Below are positions 12,801 through 26,241 of a stretch of DNA of 64,000 bases, piece after piece (within the stretch, counting starts at the first letter, position 1; each line of letters starts with the position of its first letter). The position numbers were made by a program, and so were the translations under genes. The DNA is from Hydrolagus colliei (lineage: Eukaryota): assembly GCA_035084275.1 (NCBI GenBank), contig CM068753.1:12648001-12712000 (forward strand). The letters are read 5' to 3'. Below the pieces are notes generated by a model. The model had not been told where the DNA came from. It saw nothing but the letters and a program-made list of their open reading frames with translations, and made no database searches.

Positions 12801-14817
12801 GTAAGTCAACTTTTTTTTGTGTGTGGCAATTTGATTGATAATTGGTTTGGTTTTTGATCCACTGGGGAATCTAGCAGATGCATGCATTTGACCTGAAAAC
12901 TTCACCCGTCCATTTTGTAACATTCCAGTGGTTTGATAGTACAACAGCAGTTATAGGGATGGGGGTGAGTGAGTGTGTAAAGGAAAGCAATCTTGTTGCC
13001 TTGCGTATTGCTGGGCGAAGGAGGAGATGGAAGTCAAAGTATCTGATGCCTCCAGTTTATCTAGCTCTAAGTATACCATAAAATCCCATTATTAATCTAA
13101 CATCACATACATACAATTCCCAATGTTTTATTTCTGTGAACACAAAATACTGTGAGCCAATGTGTATATTTATTTCCTTATTTGCTTTTCGACTTGGCTG
13201 CAATCTCGGCTCATAAATTCCTGGTTATTAATTAACAGTAATTGGCCAACTGTTGTTCCCGTTTGGGGATAGGACCCGCAGTGCTGTGTAGGAACTCATC
13301 AGCAAATGCCATTGTCCACAAACAGTTTCCTCACCCCAATTCCGACTCAAAAGTCCAACCAACACATCAATTAATATAGCCCTATTCGTACCGATTTCAC
13401 TTTATTTAAAAACCAAATCGCTGTGGAAAAGTGCCACAACGTTCGAATACCAAGTGATCTCAAAACTGCATATGTCATTTAACACTTTGCGGACTTCTAC
13501 GCCAGGAAAATCCATTGGGCTTACGGGATTTCATTGAAAGAAATATTATGTCTGATTTATCATATGTGGTTATTGGCATTGAGTATTCACAGGGCCGGAT
13601 CAGTATTAAATAATGAGATAATTATCGTGTTTTATAAACCGAGGACTTTTCAATCGCTAAACTAGCAGGAGATTAGGTACTTTTCAGACACAAATACAGT
13701 CCCATCTGTTTTTAATGCTGAAGTATACAAACAGCATTCCAGAAAAGAGTCCAGCACTTGAAACAAATTACTGACAACTTGACTGTTGCATATTAGTTCA
13801 GCTTCCTTTAATAAAATCTTACACCCAAAGGACTTGACTAACATTTAAACTGTATGGAAAATAAAAGACTTATTATAGGTGAAACTTTTACACAGCACTT
13901 ATGTTTTTAGGTCTCTGTGGCATAGTTCAGTTGTTTGTGCAGACTATTCAAACTCAGTAAAACATTTAAAGAACAACTTTAATTTACAAAGAAACCACTA
14001 TTTCGTAAGCTCTCTGGTTATAAGGCTGCAAAATTCTCTGCTTGTAGGTGGTGTGGACATGCGCAGAAAATTGCAGATTCAATGCTTTGTCCTTTTGAGG
14101 GAAGAATATGTTTAACTACATATATATGCAAATACTGCTAAATTGTTTTAGCAAACGTTTGCACAATTTAGGATTGTGCCAGGAAACTATTGCCAACGTT
14201 AGATAAATTATCATTTTCATGTGATTCATGTGACTCATACATACTCTTCAATTCCCCTCTCCCCTACCCTCTCCAAACAGTTTTTAAAGATGAATTCTGG
14301 AGGACAATAAGCTTTCTTATGTTGCACTTGCTCAGACGTTGCTGTATAGTGATCCAAATCGCAGTGTATATTATTTTAGGGTGATCAAGGCTATTTGTGT
14401 CGAGCAGAAGTGTTAAAACCCAATTGATGTGTTGGTCTGAAAGGGTCAGGGTGACCCATGTGCCACAGTGCCCTCTAGTGATCTTGGAGTCACAACAATA
14501 AAATGTGTCCGTGGAAGATCAGTCAGTGGGATTCTTCATCAGCTTGTAGTAATCTAAAAGTTCACCTTTGTACACTCGATGCTCTTTTTACAAGATATGA
14601 CAGGTGAGAGAAGAAATGTTCCATTTTTTGTTTAGAAATCCAGGGAATGCAGCGTTATGAGAGTACCACCTGGCCGCGAGCACTTTTTATTCTCTTTATT
14701 GGTCATGAAATCAGAGCTCTCGCTTATTCGTGGCTTAATGGGTAACATTAGGCCATACACGCTGCATGTTTGGATCCTGACGTAGCTGATCTGCGCAGTG
14801 CGTTGGTGGTTTATGGA

Positions 14818-14940
14818 ATCATAGAATTATACAGCAGAGAAGGAGGCCATTCGGCCCATCGTGTCTGTGTTGGCTCGTTGAAAAGAGCTGTCCAAATTAA
14901 TCCAACTCCCCTGTTCTCTTCCCATAGTCCTGCAAACTTG
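14818..14940 (-). mobile_element. CR1-type LINE 3' end fragment
   Basis: atcatagaattatacagcagagaaggaggccattcggcccatc... is the typical reverse complement of a CR1 3' terminus. Confidence 0.7.
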
Positions 14941-15409
14941 CCCTCCCCAAATGATCGGGTATAATTCGCATTTGATATAGCGCCTTTCATGTTGGGAGGA
15001 TAGCCTTGGATTGTTTAGGTGAAGACAATTTTCACAATCAACAGCAGTGTCCACAGTCTTCTTTGAAGTGAATGACTGACATTATCTGGGACACGGGCGG
15101 GGTAGTTGCCCAAGACACTGGGATAAACGCCCTTCACTTTTCTAATAGTGTCATGGGATGGGTTTATGGGTTTACTGTCTCATTTGAAGAACAGCGACTT
15201 CAATGATAAAATGCACCCCCAACACTCTTATTTAGACAGTCAATGTAGACTGTCCACAAACAATTCACACAGGTCGATTCAATAAAGTAAAAGCAGATTT
15301 GTAGATCGGATAACCTTTGCAGACATTAAAGGCTAACTTTAACAGACCTAATTCAGCCTTATTTAGGATGCCTTGAGTTAGGAACACAGCCTGTCCTCAG
15401 CACATTACA

Positions 15410-15560
15410 CGCATCTGCATGCAATTTGCTGCCATTGCCTACAAAATACACAGTCGCCTACTCTTGATGGTGAACCCTGTGAAACGTTTTGAGATGTCAC
15501 CCTGAAGTGAAAAATGCTATAATTAAAGGCAGGGATTATTATGATTATGATTATTGTTAT
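15410..15560 (+). mobile_element. Degraded SINE 3' fragment
   Basis: gcaatttgctgcc...tgtgaaacgttttgagatgtc...gggattattatgattatgatt. Confidence 0.65.
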
Positions 15561-17117
15561 CCTTGCAGCACAGAATTATACATCAAATGTGTGTCAAACG
15601 CCTAACGTGTTAACCAAACCTCCCGTTTGGCTTGTTCTGGTAATTTGACTCGCGAAACGCAGGTGATCAATAAAGCTGGTAGTACTGCGGACAGAACAAT
15701 AGGGCGATGGAAGCCGGATTTCTGTCTTATTCCACGTTCAAGTTATAAAATGTTCGGCGCGGATGGAGTCTTAACTGGAGCAATGAGAAACGTTTGCATC
15801 TAGTCTGCTGTACATAGAAGCTAATGGGGGGAATCTCCCTCTTTATGGTATTTGAGTCATATAGGGAGAGCATTAAATTACACGATGTTCTTTCTATCTA
15901 GTACTTTGCTACCACAATTTTTGCATACTTCAGAATTGCACAGCTGGAAATTTTGAAGCAGTTTTCTGAAGGCAGCAGATTTGTTTTTAGAGAAAAAAAA
16001 CAACAAAACACACACACACACACACACACCGGAACTGCTTACTGCAGCCCAAAAGAAAGGGGGTTGGAGTTTTACCAGGAGAGACGGTGAGATCATACAG
16101 CAGCAGCTGAACATTAGATAAATGGTTTCAAACAGATTGGACCAATTTTATCACTCTGTGTGGGGAGAACATTTTGCTGTTCTTATCGATGTAACAGTCT
16201 TGTTGTCCACATTTTTTTCCCAATCCACTGCCCTGTACTACAAATACAGCTCAGCCAAAATAAACTCAAATCAGTTCCCAGGATAGACATTTGCTTGCCT
16301 CAACTTCCACTCTTGCTCCTATTCAAGTACAGTTCTTAAAAAGTTTTCGAGCTCAGGAAAGGAACTTTTTCTCCCCCTTTCTCTCTCTCTTGTGCTTTCT
16401 CAGTTGACGTCTGCAGATATTAGCCAACCAGGAAGTCCACATTTATATACATGCAAATGTAAATAGTTTTGTGTATTTTTTTTTCTCTCTGCCACTGGCC
16501 AAAGGTTCATGAATCATTTCTGGGTGTGGGTTAATATTTATATTTATTTTAATGTGGAGAGGAAAGTAAACATAGCTAACTACAGAGGGAAAGGGCCAGT
16601 ATTGTCCCATGAAAGGGTCTCTATATAGCTGACTGTTTTATGGTAGTAATTTACATTAGTGACTGTCATTTCACCAGGAAGCTTTAGCATACACTTCATC
16701 TGAGGTCTAAAAAGTGACACATGCCAACATTCATAGTCTCTCTTTATGTCAATTCCACACTTTTATAGCCTTTTATTTAAACCACATTTCATGAGGCTGC
16801 ATTAGAGCATATTTGAATATTTCATTTCCTATTAATTATGCACTGTGACCCACGCTGTCATTATGAGAAAGAGAGTGACCTATCTAATGTAACAGTCTGC
16901 AAATAAAATTGCTGAACATTGCTTGCGATAGGGTGGGATGTTATGCGTTGGGGGTAGAATCCTGAACTGTATTGATAATGTAACCAGGTGTGGTCAGTCT
17001 TCTGTTGTGATGTCCATTAAATGATAGAAATAAATTTCAGAAAGCAAGCACGAACGAGATTTTGCTAAACTGCCAAGCTGAGCATGAAGGCATGCTTAGT
17101 GACAGTGACCTACATGG

Positions 17118-17345
17118 NNNNNNNNNNNNNNNNNNNNNNNNNNNNNNNNNNNNNNNNNNNNNNNNNNNNNNNNNNNNNNNNNNNNNNNNNNNNNNNNNNN
17201 NNNNNNNNNNNNNNNNNNNNNNNNNNNNNNNNNNNNNNNNNNNNNNNNNNNNNNNNNNNNNNNNNNNNNNNNNNNNNNNNNNNNNNNNNNNNNNNNNNNN
17301 NNNNNNNNNNNNNNNNNNNNNNNNNNNNNNNNNNNNNNNNNNNNN
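17118..17345. other. Assembly gap (228 N), intronic
   Basis: Run of N; the flanking exons join in frame, so no constitutive exon is missing. Confidence 0.95.
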
Positions 17346-17968
17346 CTAGACCATTTTATATAAATCATGAAATATGCTGTCTGCTGGCAAGGTACTTATT
17401 TAGATTAGTTATAAACGTGCAGAAAAAGGGAACATCTTTGCAGTATAAAATAATCATGCATAATTATATTCATAATTCAAGCCTGTGACAGATTCCATCT
17501 TTCTTATTCTTGTTGTCCTTTGCCTTCATTCTGGCTTCATTTGATTTCTGTTATCTTGATGACATAATTAACTGTTAAAGCTCACAAAATAAAGAGACCT
17601 TTGAGAAGAAAAAGGTTGTTGCTTTTTTTTTAATGGCACCAAAAGCATTACCCGCAATACATATCGGCCACAATTTTCAGCAGCAAAAATAATTTATTGT
17701 TGTTTTGGTGAATTATACCCCCAAAAAAGGTAGCTTTTTTTTCCCCACAGCCTGTAAATCTATTTACACTGCAATGCCAATTTCAGCATCAGCGCTGTTC
17801 CTATTTGGCTTCTAACAATTGTAATTTGTGGTAGAAATGTGACTTTGTTTTAAAATACAACCCAATCGACGCAAGTTTTCAATCTCGGGAGAGGAACATC
17901 ACTGTTTTCCGCGCTTTGGCGGAGACGTGTTGTGATCTGAAACTCCCGCTTTTATCTCCCCTTCTCAG

Positions 17969-18056
17969 ACATCTCAACAATGAGCATGCACTTGATGACC
18001 GAAGTACAGCACAGTGTCGAGTACAGATGCAGGTAGTACAACAGCTGGAACTTCAG
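17969..18056 (+). CDS. FOXP1: FOXP1 coding exon, zinc finger end and leucine zipper start (88 nt)
   Basis: ttctcag|A CAT...CTT CAG|gtacgt; [29 protein letters not shown]. Not in the ORF track in this frame. Confidence 0.96.
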
Positions 18057-18594
18057 GTACGTTTTTCTCTCTCTCCCCCGCACCCCCCCATCTGAAATAT
18101 GATCTGTTTACCCAGTCATCCACCCCAATCTACACACAATCACAGTTCCATCTTGATTTGGGAGGTAACATTTGCTTAATGACTAACAGCAAAACAGAGA
18201 CACATTTACGTATGCTGACATGGTACGGCTGCAGTACAGCTCTGACTGTCTCTGCCTTAGTGTGTTTTTTTCCCCCAAATCTCGTGTCTGAATCTGTCTG
18301 TGTTTTACCAAAATCCCTTGTCTCACTAGTTGACAGTGTAATCTGAAGACTTTTCTCCATTGTAGAACCATGGGACATTTGTTGTTTTGCGCGTGTGCCT
18401 GTTAAGCTTTACACACACCCAGTGGAGACTGTTTCTGTGCGTGTTTTTCATGTGTCGTGTGTAGAGCTAAAACATGAAACTGACTGATATTCCACTATTT
18501 AACTTACCTGTTTGTCATCCGTGTCTCCGCTCCAGTCCCCAGCTTGTTGCAGATATCAGTTACTGGTTTACTGGTGCCAAGGTTCAATGAATAG

Positions 18595-18859
18595 CAGTGG
18601 CTTCCAAACTTTGAATATAGTGGCGCTCCCCACACTCAGCAACGTTTTCGATGTGCACCCCCACCCCCTCCTTCACATTCGGCTCCACACACTCGGATCC
18701 TCAGCTCTACACACTCGGATCCTCAGCTCTACACACTCGGATCCTCGGCTGCACACACACTCGGGGGCTCGAGACTCTAAAACTCTGCGCACCCCAGCCA
18801 ACGGTACCCCCCCCCCCCCCACCCCAAGGGAGGTGCGCCCCACAGTTTAGAAACCACTC
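18595..18859. mobile_element. Non-autonomous hAT/Charlie-like DNA transposon (MITE)
   Basis: TIRs CAGTGGCTTCCAAACT / AGTTTAGAAACCACTC; flanking 8-mers atgaatag / gtgtatag (6/8 identical), a putative target-site duplication. Confidence 0.65.
18688..18764. repeat. 22-bp minisatellite, ~3.5 copies
   Basis: Unit cacactcggatcctcagctcta twice exact, third copy diverged, then a partial copy. Confidence 0.9.
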
Positions 18860-20309
18860 GTGTATAGCTCCCTCTCAGTCTTCAACAAACAAAAGCAAGG
18901 AAAAGCTATCAGATTATATAGTTATCTCAGGTTTAATAGTACAACTGTAAAGCTTCAAAGTAACTCGCAGTATTATCCCATTCTAGATAAATTCACCTGT
19001 GCTGTTGTAGCTGGGACATACTAGTCTCTTGATTGGGTTCCAATACCACCAGCTGATGTTGGCAGTCAGACTTCATGGGGAATGGAGCAGTGGGATAGAG
19101 AATGGTTAGACTGTGGCAAGCCATGGGAGACAGATAAAGTTTACTTTCCTGCGTATGGGACCTGTTGTGTAACCTTATTGCACGCAGATGATCAAAAATG
19201 TCTCACGGTTGATGAGATCCGGTTAACAACCTGGAAACTCAAACGCTTTCCACTTTATTGATTCAATATGCTTTACTTACCCACTATGGCTTTCAGTTCA
19301 AGCAGGTATATTGGGTGTACTTTCAGATTCTCGGTGTTAGCACATTTTTACATGACCCAGTTAGGACTGGTGGAACCAACCTATGAAAGTCTGGTCATAA
19401 GCAATTTTGAACTGCTGTTCATGTAAAACGCACGCACACGTACTGAAATAACCGTTGAGCGAAGCGACACTTTTAAGTGACCCGTAAATATGTGAAAATA
19501 GTGTTTGCTCTTCAGTGCAACAGGAGCCTTGCAGCAATCCTCTCTGCCACCAGCTCAAGTCAAGAGCTACAGGAGAGGTCTAGTTCTTGTGGTCAGTCAA
19601 TAGTAACACATCCATATGCAATAGTCCATTTAATCAATTCTCTTCAAGATATGGTTGGAATACTGTAGAGCAGTTGCAGTGTCAACCTCATGCATAAACA
19701 GAAAACCCGTGTGTATGTTTCTGAATAAACTCAAAATAGTTCAAGCACACACAGTCGGAATATGGAAAGGCCGCAATGAAATCTGATTGTTTTCACAACC
19801 AATAATAAGTTGCTTTTAATATGAAGATCAAACACACACAAAACCTTGCATGGATTCAGATAGTACTACCAGAACGGCTGTTGAATCATTTCTGTTCTGA
19901 TCAGTGGTGGAAACACAATGGCATCTGAAAACAGTTGAAACGTTTTGCTCAGCCACGCACCGTAACCTGATTGCTTTGTTAGTTGACTCAAAGATTTGCC
20001 TTTTTTAAAAAAAAAGTGTGAACTTTATACTGACATTTTCTGTTTGATTATCTGTTTGTCACCCTTGCATTCTGTTTTCCTCTGGTATAAAGCCAGGGTA
20101 AATCTTCCATTCATGCCAGGGACTCTACACAGTGATCCACTCTTTCATCTTTGTTTAAACACTGTTCAGTTCACTTTTTTTGATCGGATATTATCTTTCC
20201 ATATTTACCCTTGAAAGTATTTTGTTGACAGTATACGTAAATTGATCCAACACTTCAAATATTTCTCACTGTCATATCCTTGATGAGAAAATGAAATGAA
20301 CCCACAAAA

Positions 20310-20424
20310 ATAATCATAATAATCCTTGCATTTGATATAGCTCCTTATCATGTCTCCGAGACGTCTCAAAATGCTTCACAGAATATACTGTAAAGTGCAT
20401 TGACTGTATATTTTGTGGGCGAAT
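20310..20424 (-). mobile_element. SINE 3' fragment
   Basis: aataatccttgcatttgatatagctccttatcatgtctccgagacgtctcaaaatgcttcacagaatatac...gtgggcgaa. Confidence 0.85.
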
Positions 20425-20667
20425 ACATTAATCCTGATTTTTCTTTTCCCCTTTTCTACAATTCACTTTCTGTGTTTTTTTTTTACAAAAGTATATAACA
20501 TTGGGAACATTGCATTGGTAATGACATTTGGTGTCTGAATACCCAATTTATGCTTTGACACAAAGTTCCTGTCTCTATGTGTCCCAATAATGATAAATGC
20601 CTGAGTTCGCAATTGTTTTGGATTGTTGTGGTTTTGCTTCGGAAGCTAAAATGTATTATTTTTGCAG

Positions 20668-20751
20668 CTTGCGAAAGACAAAGAGCGCCTGCAAGCTATG
20701 ATGACACACCTGCATGTGAAGTCAACTGAACCAAAACATACCCCTCAGCCT
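20668..20751 (+). CDS. FOXP1: FOXP1 coding exon, leucine zipper (84 nt)
   Basis: ttgcag|CTT...CCT|gtaagt; [40 protein letters not shown] is FOXP1-type rather than FOXP2/FOXP4. Confidence 0.96.
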
Positions 20752-23700
20752 GTAAGTAGTTATTTGTGGAATGGGGTGATAAATGTTTAGAAGCAACAGC
20801 AGATTGTTGACTTGCAGTAGAGCTCATGTTCTTCATTCTTCATTTTGTTCTCTGCCTTCCAATGCACTTTTGAACCAACCCTCCAACCGATTAGATTTAA
20901 ATTTTGACCATGAGCTTTATTCGATTGGATCTATTATGTGCATTGGCTTCGCCATGGTGGCAGGCAGAGTCACAGCCTCGTCTTACTCAAGAACAAAAAA
21001 AACCCCGTCAATTTCTTCATAGGCTGGCTACACTGGCCAAACATGTCACCCACCCGCTGTGGGTGGGTTTACATTGTTAACCAACTGATTGAAGTGGCAA
21101 ATGTTGGACTGCAGAGGTGGGTCATTGAGCTCCCAGTTCAACTTTCAGCCTTATCAATATTCGAATGTACTTACCCTCTTGATCAAGATGCCTGGACTGT
21201 GAGATGAAGCGATGCAACAGTTCTGCCACTCTGGGTAAAGGGAAATGTAATGCGATGCACCTAAGCCCACTCTTTGAAATATACGTGTTAGCTACTGACA
21301 GAGAGCTGTGCTGTTGGCAGCCACAGAGAAGTCTGTGGCCCACACCATTCAGTCCTCCCAGCTAAAATGGATCACAAGTTCGATCAGGGAATGGAGTGAG
21401 AAATTAAATATCCAGCAAGAATGAAAATACAATTTTTCATATTTTTTTCTAAGATGTTTCTGATGCCTAAAATCAAGGGGCTGTGTTTGGCCATTACCAG
21501 GAATAAGGTAAAGAAAACAAAATTTGTAACCTTATAGAGTAGTGTGCACACACTCGCATGCAGACACACTTCACAGAGCCAAATCTATGAATAATATCCA
21601 TCCCCCTGCCTCTCTCTCTCTCTCTCTCTCAAACACACACACACATGCGCACACAGTAAGCAAAATGAACCACTGTTGCCTTGTTTAGAGCAGGGGAAAA
21701 AACAAAAGCCAGAAAGACCCCATAGGGATTTACAGCAGAGTTCAATAAACTTCTAATAATGTTCATACAAAAAGGTCATTCTACTTAGTGTTAACAGGTG
21801 GCAGATTACATCATAATCATTATTCTGCTACAGTCCTGTAATTCTTTAAATGAACTAATCAATTACAGTGGAAAGATTACCTTATTTCTTGCTTGAAACG
21901 TGTATTATTCAGTCTCTGAAGGTACCCAACCAACAGCAGTATCACTCAACATCAATATGGGAGAATTAATTGAGCATGACCAGCCTTTAGTTGCTACTTG
22001 CAACTTCAGTCAATATGTGTTGATGCAGGATAATGGTAAGGTAGAGGCTCATCTATACAGACTAGCTGTCTATTAAGGAACCGTGTGTATATAAAAAAAA
22101 TGCATACCATGCCTTAATCTGATGATATGTAGAAAAATATTTCTGTGTAATCTGTATGTTGGCAATCACCGATTTAATAACACTCGAAAATAGGCTGAAA
22201 TCATAAATATGCTGTGAAATTTGATTTTCAGTGTGTAAATACAATGCCTACAAGGGCATGTTTCATTATTAAGCAACTTGAATGTATTGGAGAAATATTA
22301 GGCAGAAAGCAGCCGGAAAATAATTGAGATATATAGCTTTGATTTTCTTCTCTTTTTGGTTTCTCCTCAAACATTTAACGTTTCTCGAACGCGTTTGCAC
22401 TTTATACCATTTCAAGAATAATACTTTTTCAAAATGGTTTACTTGCAAACATAACTCTGTGTTCCAGAGTCATCAAGTTTGAGTTCCAGGAACAGACTTG
22501 CCTTGTTAAGTTTGCATCTCGAATTGTTTCTTGTTTGCATTCTGCTTAATACCCTGCTTACCTTTTACCTAGAATTTTGTTCTTGCCAATTTGCAACACA
22601 GCAAAATAGGATTATTGGCCATTTTAGTAAAGACTACAAATGCATACTTAAACTTTGCACGGAAAGCTTTATGCTTGGCCCTGTATTTTTCAGTGCTCCA
22701 AATGTACCATTTCCTTTTTGTGTATGGTCCCCATTCAACTTTTCCTTGTATGTTTGGGATTTTAAAGCATTTTTTTCATTTAATAGATTTTACTTACTCC
22801 TCAATTGTTATAATTGTGTGCTAATGGAACAATTCAAGGCCAGAGCTATTAGTCAAACTACTCGATTGCCAAATATTGCTTCTTGTAAGAAAGTTAGAGA
22901 CAATATGATTATTAACTAAGTGATTTGTCTGTTATCTTCCAAGCGGAACCTTTGTATGATGTACAAGGACAGCAGATAAAGAGAGAACCGTCAAACATAT
23001 TTGTGAAAAGGAAATACATTTGTCTATCAGAAAATGCATTTTTATTAACAACCACCTTGTAGCTTCCCAATGCCCATTTCCGAGTTCACATTATTGAAAC
23101 AAAGTACGTGTTTAGAGACTGCTATTACTATGGAAGTGAAGCACTTTCATTCTCAATGTACTCGGCCTGGAAAGGCCCATGCTAGAAGAGATATTGGTAA
23201 TTGTGTGACTGGAGAAACAGTCCCATGGAATGCTACCAATTTGGGTTTCCCAGTTGGAAATCGTGACATATCTAAATGCTAGTCATCACAGCAAAGGATG
23301 GCATCCATTCTACTTGTAGTCACTCCCACGCCTGAAATGCAAATATAAAGTTCAGGACCAGGTGGAATCAAGAACCTGATGTTTCCATTTCACGTGTCAA
23401 AATCAGGGATCCAGGAATGGAGAGCTCTGTTGAACCTTGTGGAGATAAATGAGTGAGAGAACAGAGATGAACCTCAGAATCGATCATTCTATTTCGCCCA
23501 CAAAATATACAGTCAGTTGACTTTACAGTATGTTCTGTGAAGCGTTCTGAGCATTTCGAAGACATGATAAGGTGCTGTATCAAATGCAAATTCAAGGATT
23601 ATTATTCAAAACTAGTCTCTTGAATCTGCCTTGCCATTCATGCAAATCCGAATGTCTCATCTCAGGTAGCTGTTTTGACATCTGTTTAGTATTTGCCTTG

Positions 23701-23896
23701 AATTCAGAGATTAGATTAACCCTCTTTGGGTTCACTGGTAAAGATGTGTGTATGGTCTGGGTGAGGTGTTAAACTGAAGAATGTTTGATTGTTCCTCTGG
23801 TGGCATGTTTTGAGAAGAGAAGAGAGGTTTTCCCAATTTCCTGCTCCCCAATCCTCCAGATGAATTGATTATTTACTTCATCAGTGAATGTAGCTC

Positions 23897-24241
23897 AGTC
23901 CTGTAGCTCAGTGGTTAGAGCACTCGCTCGCCTTACAAGCGTGAGACCCGTGTTTCGAATCCAGCCAGATCAGGACGAAACCCTGGGTAAGTTTCCTTTA
24001 CTCTTCTAATAATTCCTTACTCTTCGCCTAATAATAATTCCATCTCAAAAAATCCCCCAAAATAAATTGGTCATTTTCAATCCACGACTGTTTTTGAGAC
24101 ACTGCTGTGTGCAATTGGCTGCCACGTTTCGCCCACAAATATACAGTCAATTCACTTTACAGTATATTGTGTGAAGCGCTTTGAGCTGTCCAGAACATGC
24201 GAAAAGTGCTATATCAAATGCAAGGATTATTGGTATTATTG
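23897..24241 (+). mobile_element. Full-length tRNA/Deu-domain SINE
   Basis: agtcctgtagctcagtggttagagcac, B-box-like ttcgaatcc, gctgtgtgcaattggctgccacgtttcgcccaca, shared tail. Confidence 0.9.
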
Positions 24242-24961
24242 TTTTCCATCCCTGGCCAATGCATCTCATTCTAATCGTGCGGGAGATCACCAGCTTTCCG
24301 TTAGTTACTGGATAGCCCCCTCCAAGAGAGGGAGTAGGAATGATAGTTGAAGAGAGAAGTCGCTTAAAAAGAGGAAACTCAACATTACCTGCCATTACCT
24401 AAAGCAATCTCTGTAATAGCTGCTGGGATGCGTGGGAGGTCAGTCTGTGCTGGCTCTAAAATAGCCAGAATGGAAACTGTCGTTCTCCTGCGCTCAGAGA
24501 ACATTATCAGACAACAATATTTGTGGCCTGCTGGCCTGTCGTTTCAGCTGTAGTTGGTGGTGGGTGCACTGTGGCGTCAAAAGGGAAAAAAATAAAGCAA
24601 TTACTGGAAAAGTTAGATTGTTCTATCTTACCTGTTTTCTATCGTACACAACTATATAGATAGAGTTTTATATACGACAGACAGAACTGTCACAGCCGTC
24701 TGCATCCTCTGTTGATGTCTTTCTGTTAATATAATTAAAGCAAATAGGAAGCTAACTCCTAGACACAGGTTTTTCCCTCCTATAGTAAGTAGGGATTTGT
24801 TTCAAGTATAAATTTGAGAGAGTTATTTGAGAGGGTACTCTGTCTTAGTACCCGAGTGAATGTAATATTTCTATTGCTAAAGAATAGCCACTTTAAATGA
24901 AGAAGAAAATGAGGAATATTCACCCCAATGTTCAGTGTCCCTCATTCTTCCAATTAAGTTA

Positions 24962-25086
24962 TTATAATAATACTTGCATTTGATATAGCGCATTATCATG
25001 CTGTTGAGACCCCGGAAAGCACTTCACAGAATATACTGTTGAGTCAATTTACTATCTATTTTGTGGGTGAAATGTGGCAACCAATT
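24962..25086 (-). mobile_element. SINE 3' fragment
   Basis: cttgcatttgatatagcgcattatcatg...tgtgggtgaaatgtggcaaccaatt. Confidence 0.8.
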
Positions 25087-25924
25087 ATTCAACCAATACA
25101 ACTAGCTGTTCAGTCTCTCTCGAATCTGCAAATGTTTTGAGCCTCTGTTCAAGCAATGAGTCATTTAAACTTTTTTCAATGAGGTTCTGCAACAGTTGTG
25201 AAAACATTTGTGTCGCTGAATGACGCACAACTTGTGCACTTTCCACCAAGGGCTGCAGCAACTGACAAGTGGGCAGATGCTCCTCGAACCAAACACATTG
25301 TCATTCTGAGACTTGTAGACATCTAGTAGTTTATTTACCTCGCGTGTTGCTCACCTAGACTTGATGCCAACCACTTGGTGAGAGAGGCAGCTTAGCACAG
25401 AACTGGTGAACAAAGCAGAGGAGGGAGGGAGAGAGACCCCATCTCTTCAATATTTCTGCATTATTTCCATCAGCCAAGAATTACTAATGTCACTGAGGCA
25501 GTTAAAACATTCCCACCGTACTTTTATTGTGTTTTATAAGAACCTTTTACTGGGGAGATTAACAATACAGGGTGAAAAATGGTGGCGGCTGGGGGGAAAT
25601 CAGAAAATGTTGAGACTAAACGAGACTGGTAGATTAGCGAACGCAACCTCAAAGGAAAACTTGGAACAAAATCAGTTTAAAATGCATTACAAAGACTATT
25701 TAATACTCATTAAACTGACAGCAGCACTGTAACAGGTCAGTTGTTGCCAATGGACATTGAGCACTTAAGTGCTTCAAAATGTCTATTTTATTCTCAGGGG
25801 TTGTTTTTGCCTTTACCGATATTCCTACTTTTGCTTCTCATCTACAGCTACTCCTATATGTTTAGCTCATCTTCAGTTACCTTAGATTATGGCTTTAGGG
25901 TGGGGGAAAGTGTGTGCCTATCCG

Positions 25925-26241
25925 TTTATCCCTGGTTTCGATTCCAGAGCTGGGTGAAACGTCGGGCAAGTTTCCTTACTCCACACACACCTCTGTTTAC
26001 CTGGCAGTAAGTTGGAACCCGTTTGTTAGTCGGGTGGCAATAATCCTTTTTTAAACAAAAATAGTAGTAATTTGGTCACTCATTCCTTGGCAGTTTGTGG
26101 GACACTTCTGTGCACAATTGGCTGCAGTGTTGCATCCACAAAATTAGTCAATTCACTTTACAGTGGTGCTGTGAATCGCTTTGAGATATCTCAAAGATGT
26201 GATGAGGCACTATATCAAACGCAAGGATTATTTATTACTAT
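25925..26241 (+). mobile_element. SINE, related subfamily with a longer middle segment
   Basis: ggtttcgattcc...gggcaagtttccttactccacac...tgtgcacaattggctgc...tatatcaaacgcaaggattatt. Confidence 0.8.

Noticed and set aside
17062-17488. ORFs spanning the N gap, or a missing exon there
   Set aside because: Artefacts of Ns; exons 12696-12800 and 17969-18056 join in frame (FLK-HLN).
18688-18764. CRISPR-like array
   Set aside because: Head-to-tail tandem repeat without spacers, in a vertebrate intron.
20752-20790. FOXP2-10+-like truncated isoform by read-through ([12 protein letters not shown])
   Set aside because: The VS start follows from any gtaagt donor, and I saw no nearby AATAAA or other support.
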